From a virus, in the IMG/VR virus record IMGVR_UViG_3300035698_018280, positions 32,001 to 96,000 of that record: a stretch of DNA of 64,000 nt; one strand, written 5' to 3'. The notes below the pieces were generated by a model, which did no database searches, was not told the DNA's origin, and saw only the letters and a list, made by a program, of their open reading frames with translations. The translations under genes and the position numbers were made by a program. This document shows positions 26,720-35,583 of this stretch, one piece after another; positions within the stretch are counted from its first letter, which is position 1; each line of letters opens with the position of its first letter.

Positions 26720-29700
26720 CTAGTCAATATCAATGTGATCTGCTATTGATGAGCCGCTATGAGCATCATTCTTTCCGATAAGCGGAACGTCAGGCTGCCC
26801 ATCGCCGTCTACATCAGTATTAGCAAAAACGCAGTTCTGTTTTGCCCATGCCCTCATCTCAGAAAGTTCTGTTTTACGAATTTCAGATAAGGGTTTCATA
26901 TTGCTTACAGAATCAAGTATATCTTTTGTTCTTAGCTTTCGTTTTTTAGATTTGAAAGCAATAAACATTCCTGCATCTATAGCTTTTTCAATTTCTGCGC
27001 CGCTATAACCGTTAGTCTTCTCAGAAAGTTTTTCAATATCAAACTTTTTAGGATCTAATTTCTGTTTCTTCAATAGAATATCAAAGATTTGCTTGCGTCC
27101 TTCAAGACCAGGTAAATCAATCCAAAACACTTCATCAAATCTTCCTGCTCGCATAAATTCGGGCGGAATATCTAACACGTTATTGGCAGTAGTAACTACA
27201 AAAACAGGTTTTGTTTTTTCTTGCAGCCATGTCAGGAATGTAGAGATTACTCGCTTTGTCGTACCAGAATCCCCCGAGCCTGCGCCAACGCCGCCCGACA
27301 ACCCTTTCTCAATCTCATCGCACCAAAGAACGCAGTTGTGACAAAGAATTTCATTAGCAACAAAGTTATGGTTTCCTTCGCATGCCAGATCGTAAGCCCA
27401 CTTAGTTCCGACCTCTTCAATCTTTGTAACTTTCATACCAACAAGATCGCAACATATAAGATCAACAATAGAATCTTTAGTTACCTGGTTATTTTGAGTT
27501 CCATTTTTGTTACTAAGCGTCTCGGCAATAGCCCATGCTTTTATAAACGGTACTATAGAACCTTTTTCATAGTGAGTCATTGACTGAGAAGCAATAGGGA
27601 AATCATTTTTAGTAAGACCGTAGAAGATTCTCTCTTTCAAGAGAGAATTTCCAAGCTTATACCCAATGCTGCGATTTTCTTTACCAAATTTATTGCTGAC
27701 TATATAGGCAAGATCAGTCGAAAGACTATCTACTTTTAGGTCCATAGCAATAGCCAATGCCTCGATATCGTCGGCATTCTCGATAGATATCTCCATGCCC
27801 CTAGCAGGCTCCTTATAAGATATTACGCCAAAAATATGAATCGCTTTTCTAATCCGCATTCTATATACGGGATCAGTTGATTGTAATTTAAATATAATCT
27901 TCGATTTGTTATCATTCTCAATAATTTCGCCAGAAGTATCAAACATACCGCTCAAAAAATTGCGAACGTACTCGTCTTCTTGCGCAAATAATTCATCTCT
28001 AGCATGATTGAGAATATCAGCTACAATTTTATTACTTACCTTGATATTATAACCGCATGATGTTTTTTCAAGGGCTGGTTCAACCCCGAACATGTCAGCC
28101 ATTGCATTGACAATAAGATACGACTTATCCAGTGTGCCCGCCTTGAAATGAACCTCTCCTTTAGAGATATCAATCCAGCCACATCCGTGAATAGCACCAA
28201 CAAGATAATAGACTAAACAGCGGTTGAATCCGCTCAACAAAGTTACATCATGATATTCGCCTTCGAATTTACCAGCAATTTTATTACAACCGTTTTTATC
28301 TCCTGGTTTAAAAGTGTCATAAGGAATAGAGATAGCTTCTTTCCAGTTTGTCTCTCGCCCTCGACGCATAAAATACTTAGGCGTCATAACTAAATCGCCC
28401 TTTTCAATATCTTTAGCTTCAACCCATTTGAGATCGCCATCTCGATTAACCATAATCTTATGATCTTTAGTAACTTCAATGGAAGTCGTTGCTGTTTTAA
28501 TTCGGATCATCGCTTTTTTCTTGGCGTGTCTAATAACTGTTCGAACCCGAGTCGGTTCCATCTTCTTTTGTTCTTCATTGAATGCATAAATAAATAGCTC
28601 TTCTTTACTAAACAGCCTCTTATCATCTGCAAGATCAGAAATTCTGTGTTGTACGCCATCTATATCATAGATAATTGAATCACCGGATACGCATGGAGCA
28701 ATAGTCTCAGCCAACTTGATAGCAGCACGGGCTGTTTTTTCAGACTCGCCAACCAGCGAATCAAACATACGGCCAAAATCGAGACGAAGCAGAGGCATAC
28801 CGTAATCCTTAGCAATTGCTTTTGCCGTTAGACTCTTTCCTCCGCCAGGCACACCAAGCAGCATGACTCCTTTAGGCATTTTCAAACCGTATTCCTGCGC
28901 CTCATGAGAAAAGGCCAGTTTGCGATCATGGAGCCAACCTATCATATTGTCCAAACCGCCGACATCCGCAAGAGAAACATTTGGATCTACATATTCAAGG
29001 ATGTCTGTCTTGCGAATTATCGATCTTTTTTCCTTCATCAATATTTCTAAATCAAACGGATTATGACCAAGCTGGTTAGCCATAACCATTGATTTGAAAA
29101 ATGCGGCTTGCGCTTCTGTGAGAGTTAGTCCCTTTACCGAATTGACCAGGTCTTCTCGATTTTCTTCTACATATTTTATTACATCAGGACAATGAGGAAA
29201 GGCGTTTTTATTGTCCCCAATAAGCGAAACAGCTTCATCAAGAATTTCATTAACCTCGTATTCATTCGGATATGGAAAATCAAGTGCAGCCATATCTTTG
29301 TCGAGAGACGCTGTGCTTGTGAAAGAAGGCCCTGTTAGTATGACGCTAGCAGCCTTAGACTCAGACGAAAGGTACTTCAAACGCCGCTGGATGGCAGGTG
29401 CAGGCGGTTTCAAATAACGATAGAAATCCAACAGGACATACAAATTGCCGTTGCTCGGTTTAGCATTAGTCGAAGAAGATTCTGCCTTGTTCTTATTTTT
29501 TCTCTTGTTGATTTGAAATTTTTCAATTTGATCTATAACAAAATTGAGTGTAGTTTCAGGATTAGTGAAATCAATTTTATTGTTGCCGTCTACGTTGACA
29601 GGCTGACGACCATCGAGATGCCGTAAACCTTTATAACAATCCCAAACATATCCAACGTAATTGCGAGCTTCACAAAGATTTTCAACGTGAGCCAGGAATC

Positions 29701-29824
29701 TCTTCTCTTCATTTGTAGAAACAAAGATCAGAGGTTGGCGACTTTTGATAAGTGCCAGTAAACCATTATTGAACTCAGGTGTTGCGCATAATGAAAATAA
29801 CTTCTCTGCTTCGATATTTGACAC
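26720..29824 (-). CDS. Ycf46-like AAA+ ATPase containing an intein
   Basis: STNEEKR, DVGGLDNM, PKGVMLLGVPGGGKSL, LLRLDFG, IAP|intein|CVLWCDEIEKG, PPEFMRAGRFDE, GYSGAEIE. Confidence 0.9.
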   Translation of the reverse strand: MSNIEAEKLFSLCATPEFNNGLLALIKSRQPLIFVSTNEEKRFLAHVENLCEARNYVGYVWDCYKGLRHLDGRQPVNVDGNNKIDFTNPETTLNFVIDQIEKFQINKRKNKNKAESSSTNAKPSNGNLYVLLDFYRYLKPPAPAIQRRLKYLSSESKAASVILTGPSFTSTASLDKDMAALDFPYPNEYEVNEILDEAVSLIGDNKNAFPHCPDVIKYVEENREDLVNSVKGLTLTEAQAAFFKSMVMANQLGHNPFDLEILMKEKRSIIRKTDILEYVDPNVSLADVGGLDNMIGWLHDRKLAFSHEAQEYGLKMPKGVMLLGVPGGGKSLTAKAIAKDYGMPLLRLDFGRMFDSLVGESEKTARAAIKLAETIAPCVSGDSIIYDIDGVQHRISDLADDKRLFSKEELFIYAFNEEQKKMEPTRVRTVIRHAKKKAMIRIKTATTSIEVTKDHKIMVNRDGDLKWVEAKDIEKGDLVMTPKYFMRRGRETNWKEAISIPYDTFKPGDKNGCNKIAGKFEGEYHDVTLLSGFNRCLVYYLVGAIHGCGWIDISKGEVHFKAGTLDKSYLIVNAMADMFGVEPALEKTSCGYNIKVSNKIVADILNHARDELFAQEDEYVRNFLSGMFDTSGEIIENDNKSKIIFKLQSTDPVYRMRIRKAIHIFGVISYKEPARGMEISIENADDIEALAIAMDLKVDSLSTDLAYIVSNKFGKENRSIGYKLGNSLLKERIFYGLTKNDFPIASQSMTHYEKGSIVPFIKAWAIAETLSNKNGTQNNQVTKDSIVDLICCDLVGMKVTKIEEVGTKWAYDLACEGNHNFVANEILCHNCVLWCDEIEKGLSGGVGAGSGDSGTTKRVISTFLTWLQEKTKPVFVVTTANNVLDIPPEFMRAGRFDEVFWIDLPGLEGRKQIFDILLKKQKLDPKKFDIEKLSEKTNGYSGAEIEKAIDAGMFIAFKSKKRKLRTKDILDSVSNMKPLSEIRKTELSEMRAWAKQNCVFANTDVDGDGQPDVPLIGKNDAHSGSSIADHIDID
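27335..28693 (-). mobile_element. intein (453 aa) with degenerate LAGLIDADG endonuclease
   Basis: Starts CVSGDS, block B VTKDHKI, ends YDLACEGNHNFVANEILCHN followed by Cys; removing it restores IAPCVLWCDEIEK. Confidence 0.92.
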
Positions 29825-29859
29825 TATCTACTCCGTCCATTGTTACGTCTTGTTCCAAT

Positions 29860-29889
29860 ATTATATCGGATTTAGCAGCACAAATACAA
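29860..29889 (-). promoter_or_regulatory. sigma70-like promoter upstream of the AAA+/loader/helicase genes
   Basis: Minus strand TTGTAT-N18-TATAAT in the longest intergenic gap, about 35 nt before the GTG start, which has a GGAG RBS. Confidence 0.5.
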
Positions 29890-29978
29890 ATCAATCTGTT
29901 TTTAGATATTATCGTACTTAGTTGCATGTGTAAAATCATCTATGTGCAACCATAGAACAGTAGTTATGGTATTGCTTA

Positions 29979-30815
29979 TTATTTTAGAAAGCTAAATCTA
30001 TCAGATGCATCAGAGAATCTTGTGTTTATAATGTCAAAGAATTCTCCAGTTTCTACTGAAAGCTCTTTTTTTAAGTCACCAACAGAAAAATTACACCAAA
30101 CAGGATATGGATTATGTTTCTCTGTAGCCTCTACTAGTTTATTATAAAATCCTTTATTGACCAACTCAACTGCTTCAGCAATAACGAATGTTTTGGCTTC
30201 TTTCTCAGACATGCCTTTGTTTCGCATAATCCATATTGGCGATAAAACCAGCCCATACCTCAATACAAATTGCGAAACGCTAGATGCGTATACGGCGCTC
30301 ATTGTTGAATCGCTAAAGATGTTTGAATCTTTCAAAACATTGTTAGCGCCAGTCTCTTTTTCTTTGATCTCTACATTTTTTTCATACTGTTCAAAAAAGT
30401 TTACAATATCCATATTCGACATCATAAACTTCATCTTGAAACAATTATAGGTGCTAACAAGATACTCTGCTTTACCGGAAATGAACCAAGTAACATAATC
30501 TTTAATAATAGAGATACTTGCTCTGTAACCAATGTATTCCGAAACTCTATCCTGCAAAACTTTTAAACGCTCGCAGCCAGCAGCAAGTGCGATAATGAAC
30601 TGATCATTCATGTATTCTTCGTATAATTCCATGAAGTAATAGTAGAGGTCTTTGATGCCCCAAAGCGAAACATCTTTCTGGCTGTGATGTATATTACCTT
30701 TGATAGTTTTTGACCACCCACCATTACGATCGCTGATGTCTCCTTTTGTAAGATTTTTCTTACCTTCATTGGTGACACTAACGGCTGCAGACAGTATGTT
30801 TTCAAAATTATCCAT
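29979..30815 (-). CDS. hypothetical protein
   Basis: 278-aa AT-rich ORF with RBS. Confidence 0.75.
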   Translation of the reverse strand: MDNFENILSAAVSVTNEGKKNLTKGDISDRNGGWSKTIKGNIHHSQKDVSLWGIKDLYYYFMELYEEYMNDQFIIALAAGCERLKVLQDRVSEYIGYRASISIIKDYVTWFISGKAEYLVSTYNCFKMKFMMSNMDIVNFFEQYEKNVEIKEKETGANNVLKDSNIFSDSTMSAVYASSVSQFVLRYGLVLSPIWIMRNKGMSEKEAKTFVIAEAVELVNKGFYNKLVEATEKHNPYPVWCNFSVGDLKKELSVETGEFFDIINTRFSDASDRFSFLK

Positions 30816-30825
30816 TATTTCCTAT

Positions 30826-32013
30826 CTATGGTAAAGCCACTATAAGATACTCTGTACCAGCAGACTTTTCCTTTGCTCGATACAGATACTTATACTCAAT
30901 TTCATGCATAACAACGCTAGGGCCAAAAGATTCAATACATTGTTTTATTTCTTCCGGGCTAGCCCAACTAGAATCATTATAACTAAAGACCCATGGGCAG
31001 TTAGGGAGCTTGCTAAGAAGCTCTTCAAAACTTTCCCTATAAGTTTTAGACTTAGTAAATCTTTTCTTATTTTTCTCAGAATGCTTCTCGTCATATCCCA
31101 GGAAATCTTCAAAAATCTGGTACATATGAGCATAGTCACTCTGATCTCCGCCGTAGGGAGGATCTATGTAAGCAACATCAAAATCTACAGGATTGGTTTT
31201 GAACAGATCAAGTAGCTCTATAGCATCAAGTTTTGTTGAAACAGAAGTTAGACCATTGCCAAAAGGCATGTCATACGAGTTGATTCTATTGAATGTCATA
31301 TTCTGTCGCTGCAGTCTGTGATTTACTTCTGCAACGACCTGTCCGTTGTTCAGCCGCCCGCCGAGATCGCAGTTGCGCATGACATAGTGCAAAATAGCAA
31401 TAGCTTCTTGCGCAAAGTTTTGAGCAACGTCAATATCATCAGTAGTTTCTGATAGTTTTCCAAAGTTGCGAAATGCTAACGTATGATCGCTGAACATATC
31501 TATTAGCTTTGTTAAATTCTTCTCGCCATCGGGAAGACAATCCCCGTATTGCTTTAGTAAGTTATGACGAGCAACATCCAATCGCTCAGCCTCTTCTTCG
31601 GTAAACCTTTTGCCAGCGTACTTGTCCCGCATGAACGTGTCAACATTGCCTGGATCATTCCAAATGATGTCATGAATCTGTTCTTCGCTTGTATAGTTAC
31701 TATCACCTTCAACCAACGCGGCTGATCCAAGATATGAAAAAGCTAATAGATCGTTAGACCATACAGCAGCGCCCTGCCTCTTCATAAAGTAGCTAACAAA
31801 AGAACTACCAGTAAAAAGATCCAGAGCCTTGCCTCCGTCGAGATTAATATCATGTTTCCTAAGAACGCCTGCAAGATCAGAGATCAACTTACGTTTGTTC
31901 CCTCTGTATGGATTAGTGACGCTTCTTAGCTTGTTCTGAGTATCCAAAACATCGCCTAGCCAATCATCTGTACTGAACATATCATTTGATTCTAAGCTTT
32001 TACTCATTTCCAA
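30826..32013 (-). CDS. Dam/D12-class DNA adenine methyltransferase (alpha class)
   Basis: PYRGNKRKL, LDLFTGS, WSND, AYIDPPY, FSYND. Confidence 0.88.
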   Translation of the reverse strand: MEMSKSLESNDMFSTDDWLGDVLDTQNKLRSVTNPYRGNKRKLISDLAGVLRKHDINLDGGKALDLFTGSSFVSYFMKRQGAAVWSNDLLAFSYLGSAALVEGDSNYTSEEQIHDIIWNDPGNVDTFMRDKYAGKRFTEEEAERLDVARHNLLKQYGDCLPDGEKNLTKLIDMFSDHTLAFRNFGKLSETTDDIDVAQNFAQEAIAILHYVMRNCDLGGRLNNGQVVAEVNHRLQRQNMTFNRINSYDMPFGNGLTSVSTKLDAIELLDLFKTNPVDFDVAYIDPPYGGDQSDYAHMYQIFEDFLGYDEKHSEKNKKRFTKSKTYRESFEELLSKLPNCPWVFSYNDSSWASPEEIKQCIESFGPSVVMHEIEYKYLYRAKEKSAGTEYLIVALP

Positions 32014-33536
32014 TCTCTGATCTCAAACTTTGGTTCGGTTTCATATATTTGACGACGCTTACGAGAATGACCAAGCATGTATTTCATGTTATCTTGGAAA
32101 TCGACAACAAACGCATCTTTCTTTATAAAACCACTCGCTTCTTCTGAATAAGGTCTAATGATACGACCGACTCGCTGTAGGGCTCTCGTTTGACTCTTAC
32201 CGCTCCCGCCAAGGATAAGGCCATCCAGAGGCTTTACATCAACGCCTTCGTCAAAGATGCTTGTAGAGATTGTGATGCTAGCTTCTCTCTGCCTCATTTT
32301 AGTAAGTCGATCAACTCTTTGCTTTTCAGTATGAGAACCATGAATAAAAAAGCTGTCAGGAATCATTGCTTCTAAAGTTGTTCCATGCTCAATGAATCGA
32401 ACAAGGATAAGAACCTGGCGACCATGCTCAACCATTTTTTGAGCAACATTAGAAATCATTAGATTACGATCCGCATTCTCTACGATGCCTTCTTTGTAAA
32501 CTGTTTGGTATGCTCCTTCAAGATTTGGCAAACGGTTATGAACAAAGTAAATCGTAGGCTTGACAAGAAAATCTCGATCGATCAAAAATGAAGCGTTGAT
32601 GTCTGCTATAGCCTTGCCAAAACAAGCATCAATAAGCATATCGTCGCCAAGGTCTCTCCATGGCGTAGCACTCAATCCATAACGGTTGCGAGCGCTATAA
32701 GATGCTTCTGAAATTGCTTGACAAGTTTTTGCAGCCCAATGCTGTACCTCATCACATACCATGACATTAGCAGAATGAATTAGGTCTTTAATTTCTTTCT
32801 TCTGCTTATCGTTTAGTTTTTGCTTGTCTCGCTTAGCGCCATCATCTTCTTCGTCGTATGGCGTATAGCGATGTCCAAGCGCACGAATAGCGGTCTGAAC
32901 AGTCATAACGGTGATCGGTTGTATGTTGAACTTACCGCCGCCGACCTCGCCGACCTCAATATCCTGTCCATTTTTACGAATGAACTTCTCAAGCTCATCT
33001 TTCGCCTGCTTGCGTAGGTCATTTGATGTGACATAGAAGATCGTTGGCTCGCAACCAAGTTCGGCTATAATACTAGCAGAAAGGGCCGTTTTTCCCCCGC
33101 CTGTCGCGACTTTTATAATGCCCCTACCTATATTACAAGCATCGTCTCGTATAATAGATTGATAGTCTCTGGGCTCGAACCAGTCAGACATAGAGTAGCC
33201 GCCAACCTTGTGGGTGGCTGCTCTTGCATCAACAAGGCCAACAGTTCTACCAGTTATTTTAAAGAACTCGCGAGCCCTAGAAAGCAGTCCGCTTGGAAAG
33301 CTGATCTCTTTAGTTTTTCTATTGTATTGAACGGTTGTTTGAACGCCGTCCCAATTTTTTACCCAAGAAGTATTCTTGCCTTGAGATGCCAACTTTTTCT
33401 CAAGCTGTCGAGCGCGCCAAATCGCCTTATCATCGGAAAAACCGAGATATTTCTTAAATGCATCATACGTTGATTTGTCCAAATGTCCGTCAACACTAGT
33501 ATTGACGTTTTGAACCCGCAATTTAATATGGGTCAT
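32004..33536 (-). CDS. SF2 helicase (UvsW/XPB-like)
   Basis: PRDYQ, ATGGGKT, CDEVQH, GLSATP, IFDEGVD, LQRVGRIIR, VVDFQD. Confidence 0.9.
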   Translation of the reverse strand: MTHIKLRVQNVNTSVDGHLDKSTYDAFKKYLGFSDDKAIWRARQLEKKLASQGKNTSWVKNWDGVQTTVQYNRKTKEISFPSGLLSRAREFFKITGRTVGLVDARAATHKVGGYSMSDWFEPRDYQSIIRDDACNIGRGIIKVATGGGKTALSASIIAELGCEPTIFYVTSNDLRKQAKDELEKFIRKNGQDIEVGEVGGGKFNIQPITVMTVQTAIRALGHRYTPYDEEDDGAKRDKQKLNDKQKKEIKDLIHSANVMVCDEVQHWAAKTCQAISEASYSARNRYGLSATPWRDLGDDMLIDACFGKAIADINASFLIDRDFLVKPTIYFVHNRLPNLEGAYQTVYKEGIVENADRNLMISNVAQKMVEHGRQVLILVRFIEHGTTLEAMIPDSFFIHGSHTEKQRVDRLTKMRQREASITISTSIFDEGVDVKPLDGLILGGSGKSQTRALQRVGRIIRPYSEEASGFIKKDAFVVDFQDNMKYMLGHSRKRRQIYETEPKFEIRDWK

Positions 33537-33811
33537 AAGCTGATAAGGTTTTTCTTGATATCGCGCTGCATCACAGGAACATCTATACCTAGTTGATAAA
33601 TACGCTTCTTCAATTCTTTTTTTCGTCGTTTACGCTTCTTCGGGTCTTGCTCGAAGTATTCCATGATTTCTTCTTCAGAAGGATCTCTGGGCCTCTGGCT
33701 TAAACCGCCAGGATGCCTATCTCGATTGACAAAACCGGGTTGATCATCCCAGCTAGCCGCTCGCTTTTTAAATCCTTCAGTCTGAATTACTCTCATCGAT
33801 ACTCCCGCCAA
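33533..33811 (-). CDS. small basic hypothetical protein
   Basis: ORF in operon context; K/R-rich; probable start MRVIQT. Confidence 0.6.
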   Translation of the reverse strand: MAGVSMRVIQTEGFKKRAASWDDQPGFVNRDRHPGGLSQRPRDPSEEEIMEYFEQDPKKRKRRKKELKKRIYQLGIDVPVMQRDIKKNLISL

Positions 33812-34028
33812 GTTCTACAACTCGTCGCTCTATGTTATTAACAAGATGCTTAACGCCATCTGATACGCCTTGAAGCTGTTCATAAGAAACAACTTGCTGA
33901 CCGTTTCTAAGCAAATTCTTAGAGCTTTCAATCTTTGTCCAAAGAACACGCATCTTTTGCGAAAGATAATTATCAAACTCTAGTTCTGTGAAATCCCCAT
34001 TTACCACTTCTTTTATTTCTTCACTCAT
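33777..34028 (-). CDS. hypothetical protein
   Basis: 83-aa ORF with AAGGAG RBS. Confidence 0.65.
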   Translation of the reverse strand: MSEEIKEVVNGDFTELEFDNYLSQKMRVLWTKIESSKNLLRNGQQVVSYEQLQGVSDGVKHLVNNIERRVVELGGSIDESNSD

Positions 34029-34040
34029 TACTTCGTCTCC

Positions 34041-35105
34041 TTACCAAATTCTATTATCAGACAATAGTGCCTGAAGCGTTTGCATACCGTCTACACTATC
34101 TAATTGGTCCAAATCTCGTTGAACATCTAATAGCAGTTCAAATGGTGCTTCGTCCAAACCTCGACTTCTTCTCTCTGTTTCCACCCTTTGCCATAGTTCA
34201 TCAGTAAAAGGTTTCCAATTTTGATAGACTGTCCAGTCTTCAGATCGGGCAGGTTCTAAAAACTTCTCCATCAGCCCCATGTACCACCAGTTGTGAGTAT
34301 TACCCTCAGCCTGTGCTTCCTTGACCTTCTTCTCTTCTGTTTTGCCATTGATTGCTAGTCGCTCTAGATCTTCAGACTGGCAAAGAATAGAAAGCGTACC
34401 AAAGAAATCAGCCTCATCTCGGTCTTCGACATAAACCATCTGCACAAAAGAAATCATACGTTCCTTCATAAAGAAGTTCGCAAAAAGGTCTCTAATAATA
34501 GCCTCAGCCTCATCCCCAAAATGAGCCCTTGTCGCTTCTACTAGCATATATGCTGATCTAATAGAGTCTCTACCAACATCTAAATTCATAAAAACAAATG
34601 GAAACTCGTCTTTATCCAGATTAGCTTTTGGCATTTCTTTTTCAGTAATAAGTCGAGCAACATCAACAATCGACGACTTAGAAGCTAGGACTCTAACATT
34701 TTTGCAAGGCGCATCCCTGGATGGGCATATGATATTCTTTAACAGAATCCAAGGCAAAGGACATTGGTCGAGTCGCATAGGTACAACTTCATCAGGTTCT
34801 ATTGAATCAAAACCGCAATGGGGACTATGCTTGAAATCCTTAACAAGAGCCAATACCATCATCATCGCATCTCTGCGAGCATCATCTGGTATATCGCTCA
34901 AAAAATACTGTAGATAAAGAAATATAATAGAAAAAATCGTCTTCTGTAAAGACCCGTTTTCCTGTAGATAAAACACGCCATCACGATGTTCAGGGCCTTC
35001 TTCTCCGAAGACTACTTCAACATCAACAAATTCGCAATCAAACCTAAAACATAAAAGTTCAATGGTTTTCTTTGCTAGAGCAAAATCACTTATCTGAGCG
35101 TCCAT
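34041..35105 (-). CDS. hypothetical protein
   Basis: 354-aa ORF with GAGG RBS. Confidence 0.75.
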   Translation of the reverse strand: MDAQISDFALAKKTIELLCFRFDCEFVDVEVVFGEEGPEHRDGVFYLQENGSLQKTIFSIIFLYLQYFLSDIPDDARRDAMMMVLALVKDFKHSPHCGFDSIEPDEVVPMRLDQCPLPWILLKNIICPSRDAPCKNVRVLASKSSIVDVARLITEKEMPKANLDKDEFPFVFMNLDVGRDSIRSAYMLVEATRAHFGDEAEAIIRDLFANFFMKERMISFVQMVYVEDRDEADFFGTLSILCQSEDLERLAINGKTEEKKVKEAQAEGNTHNWWYMGLMEKFLEPARSEDWTVYQNWKPFTDELWQRVETERRSRGLDEAPFELLLDVQRDLDQLDSVDGMQTLQALLSDNRIW

Positions 35106-35583
35106 CCTCGTCCTTATCCTTATCTAAATTTTTCAGCCTCTTAATCTCTTCATCGTCTATTCCGATGACTCGCAAAAAATCTTCATGAGAATTACAGGAA
35201 GCAAGATATTTTTTGAAGCGTTCAAACTCTTTGTTCGATATTTTGCTCTTTGATACCTTGTTCCTAGCAGCCTTACGAGCCTCAACAAAGGTATCTAGCA
35301 TATTTTGCAGCATATCTTGAGCCGTAAGCTCTGCGTCATCTGGATCTGCTAGCCATATCGTTCGTTTGTCGCAAGAAGGACAATGATATTCAAACATTAG
35401 AAGAACTTCGCCTTTTTGAGGAAGACGAGGTGATTCTCTGCGTTCTTTAAGACCTATAGCTTCAACGCATTTAGGATCAGTTTGTTTTTCGCAAACTGGG
35501 CATTTCCTGTCCGTAAGATATGGTAGAGCCCACCTTGGTAGAGGCATCATTTTTAGACTCCTTTGGCGAACGGTCTGCGTCAA
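35086..35583 (-). CDS. zinc-finger hypothetical protein
   Basis: CPVC...CPSC pairs; probable start at MMPLPRW (~35550) after an AGGAG RBS. Confidence 0.7.
   Translation of the reverse strand: MTQTVRQRSLKMMPLPRWALPYLTDRKCPVCEKQTDPKCVEAIGLKERRESPRLPQKGEVLLMFEYHCPSCDKRTIWLADPDDAELTAQDMLQNMLDTFVEARKAARNKVSKSKISNKEFERFKKYLASCNSHEDFLRVIGIDDEEIKRLKNLDKDKDEDGRSDK

Noticed and set aside
33533-35105. KxAQ/KxAA-like protease maturation sites (KKRAAS, VKEAQ) marking internal virion proteins
   Set aside because: There are only two loose instances and no protease gene in the window to support them.
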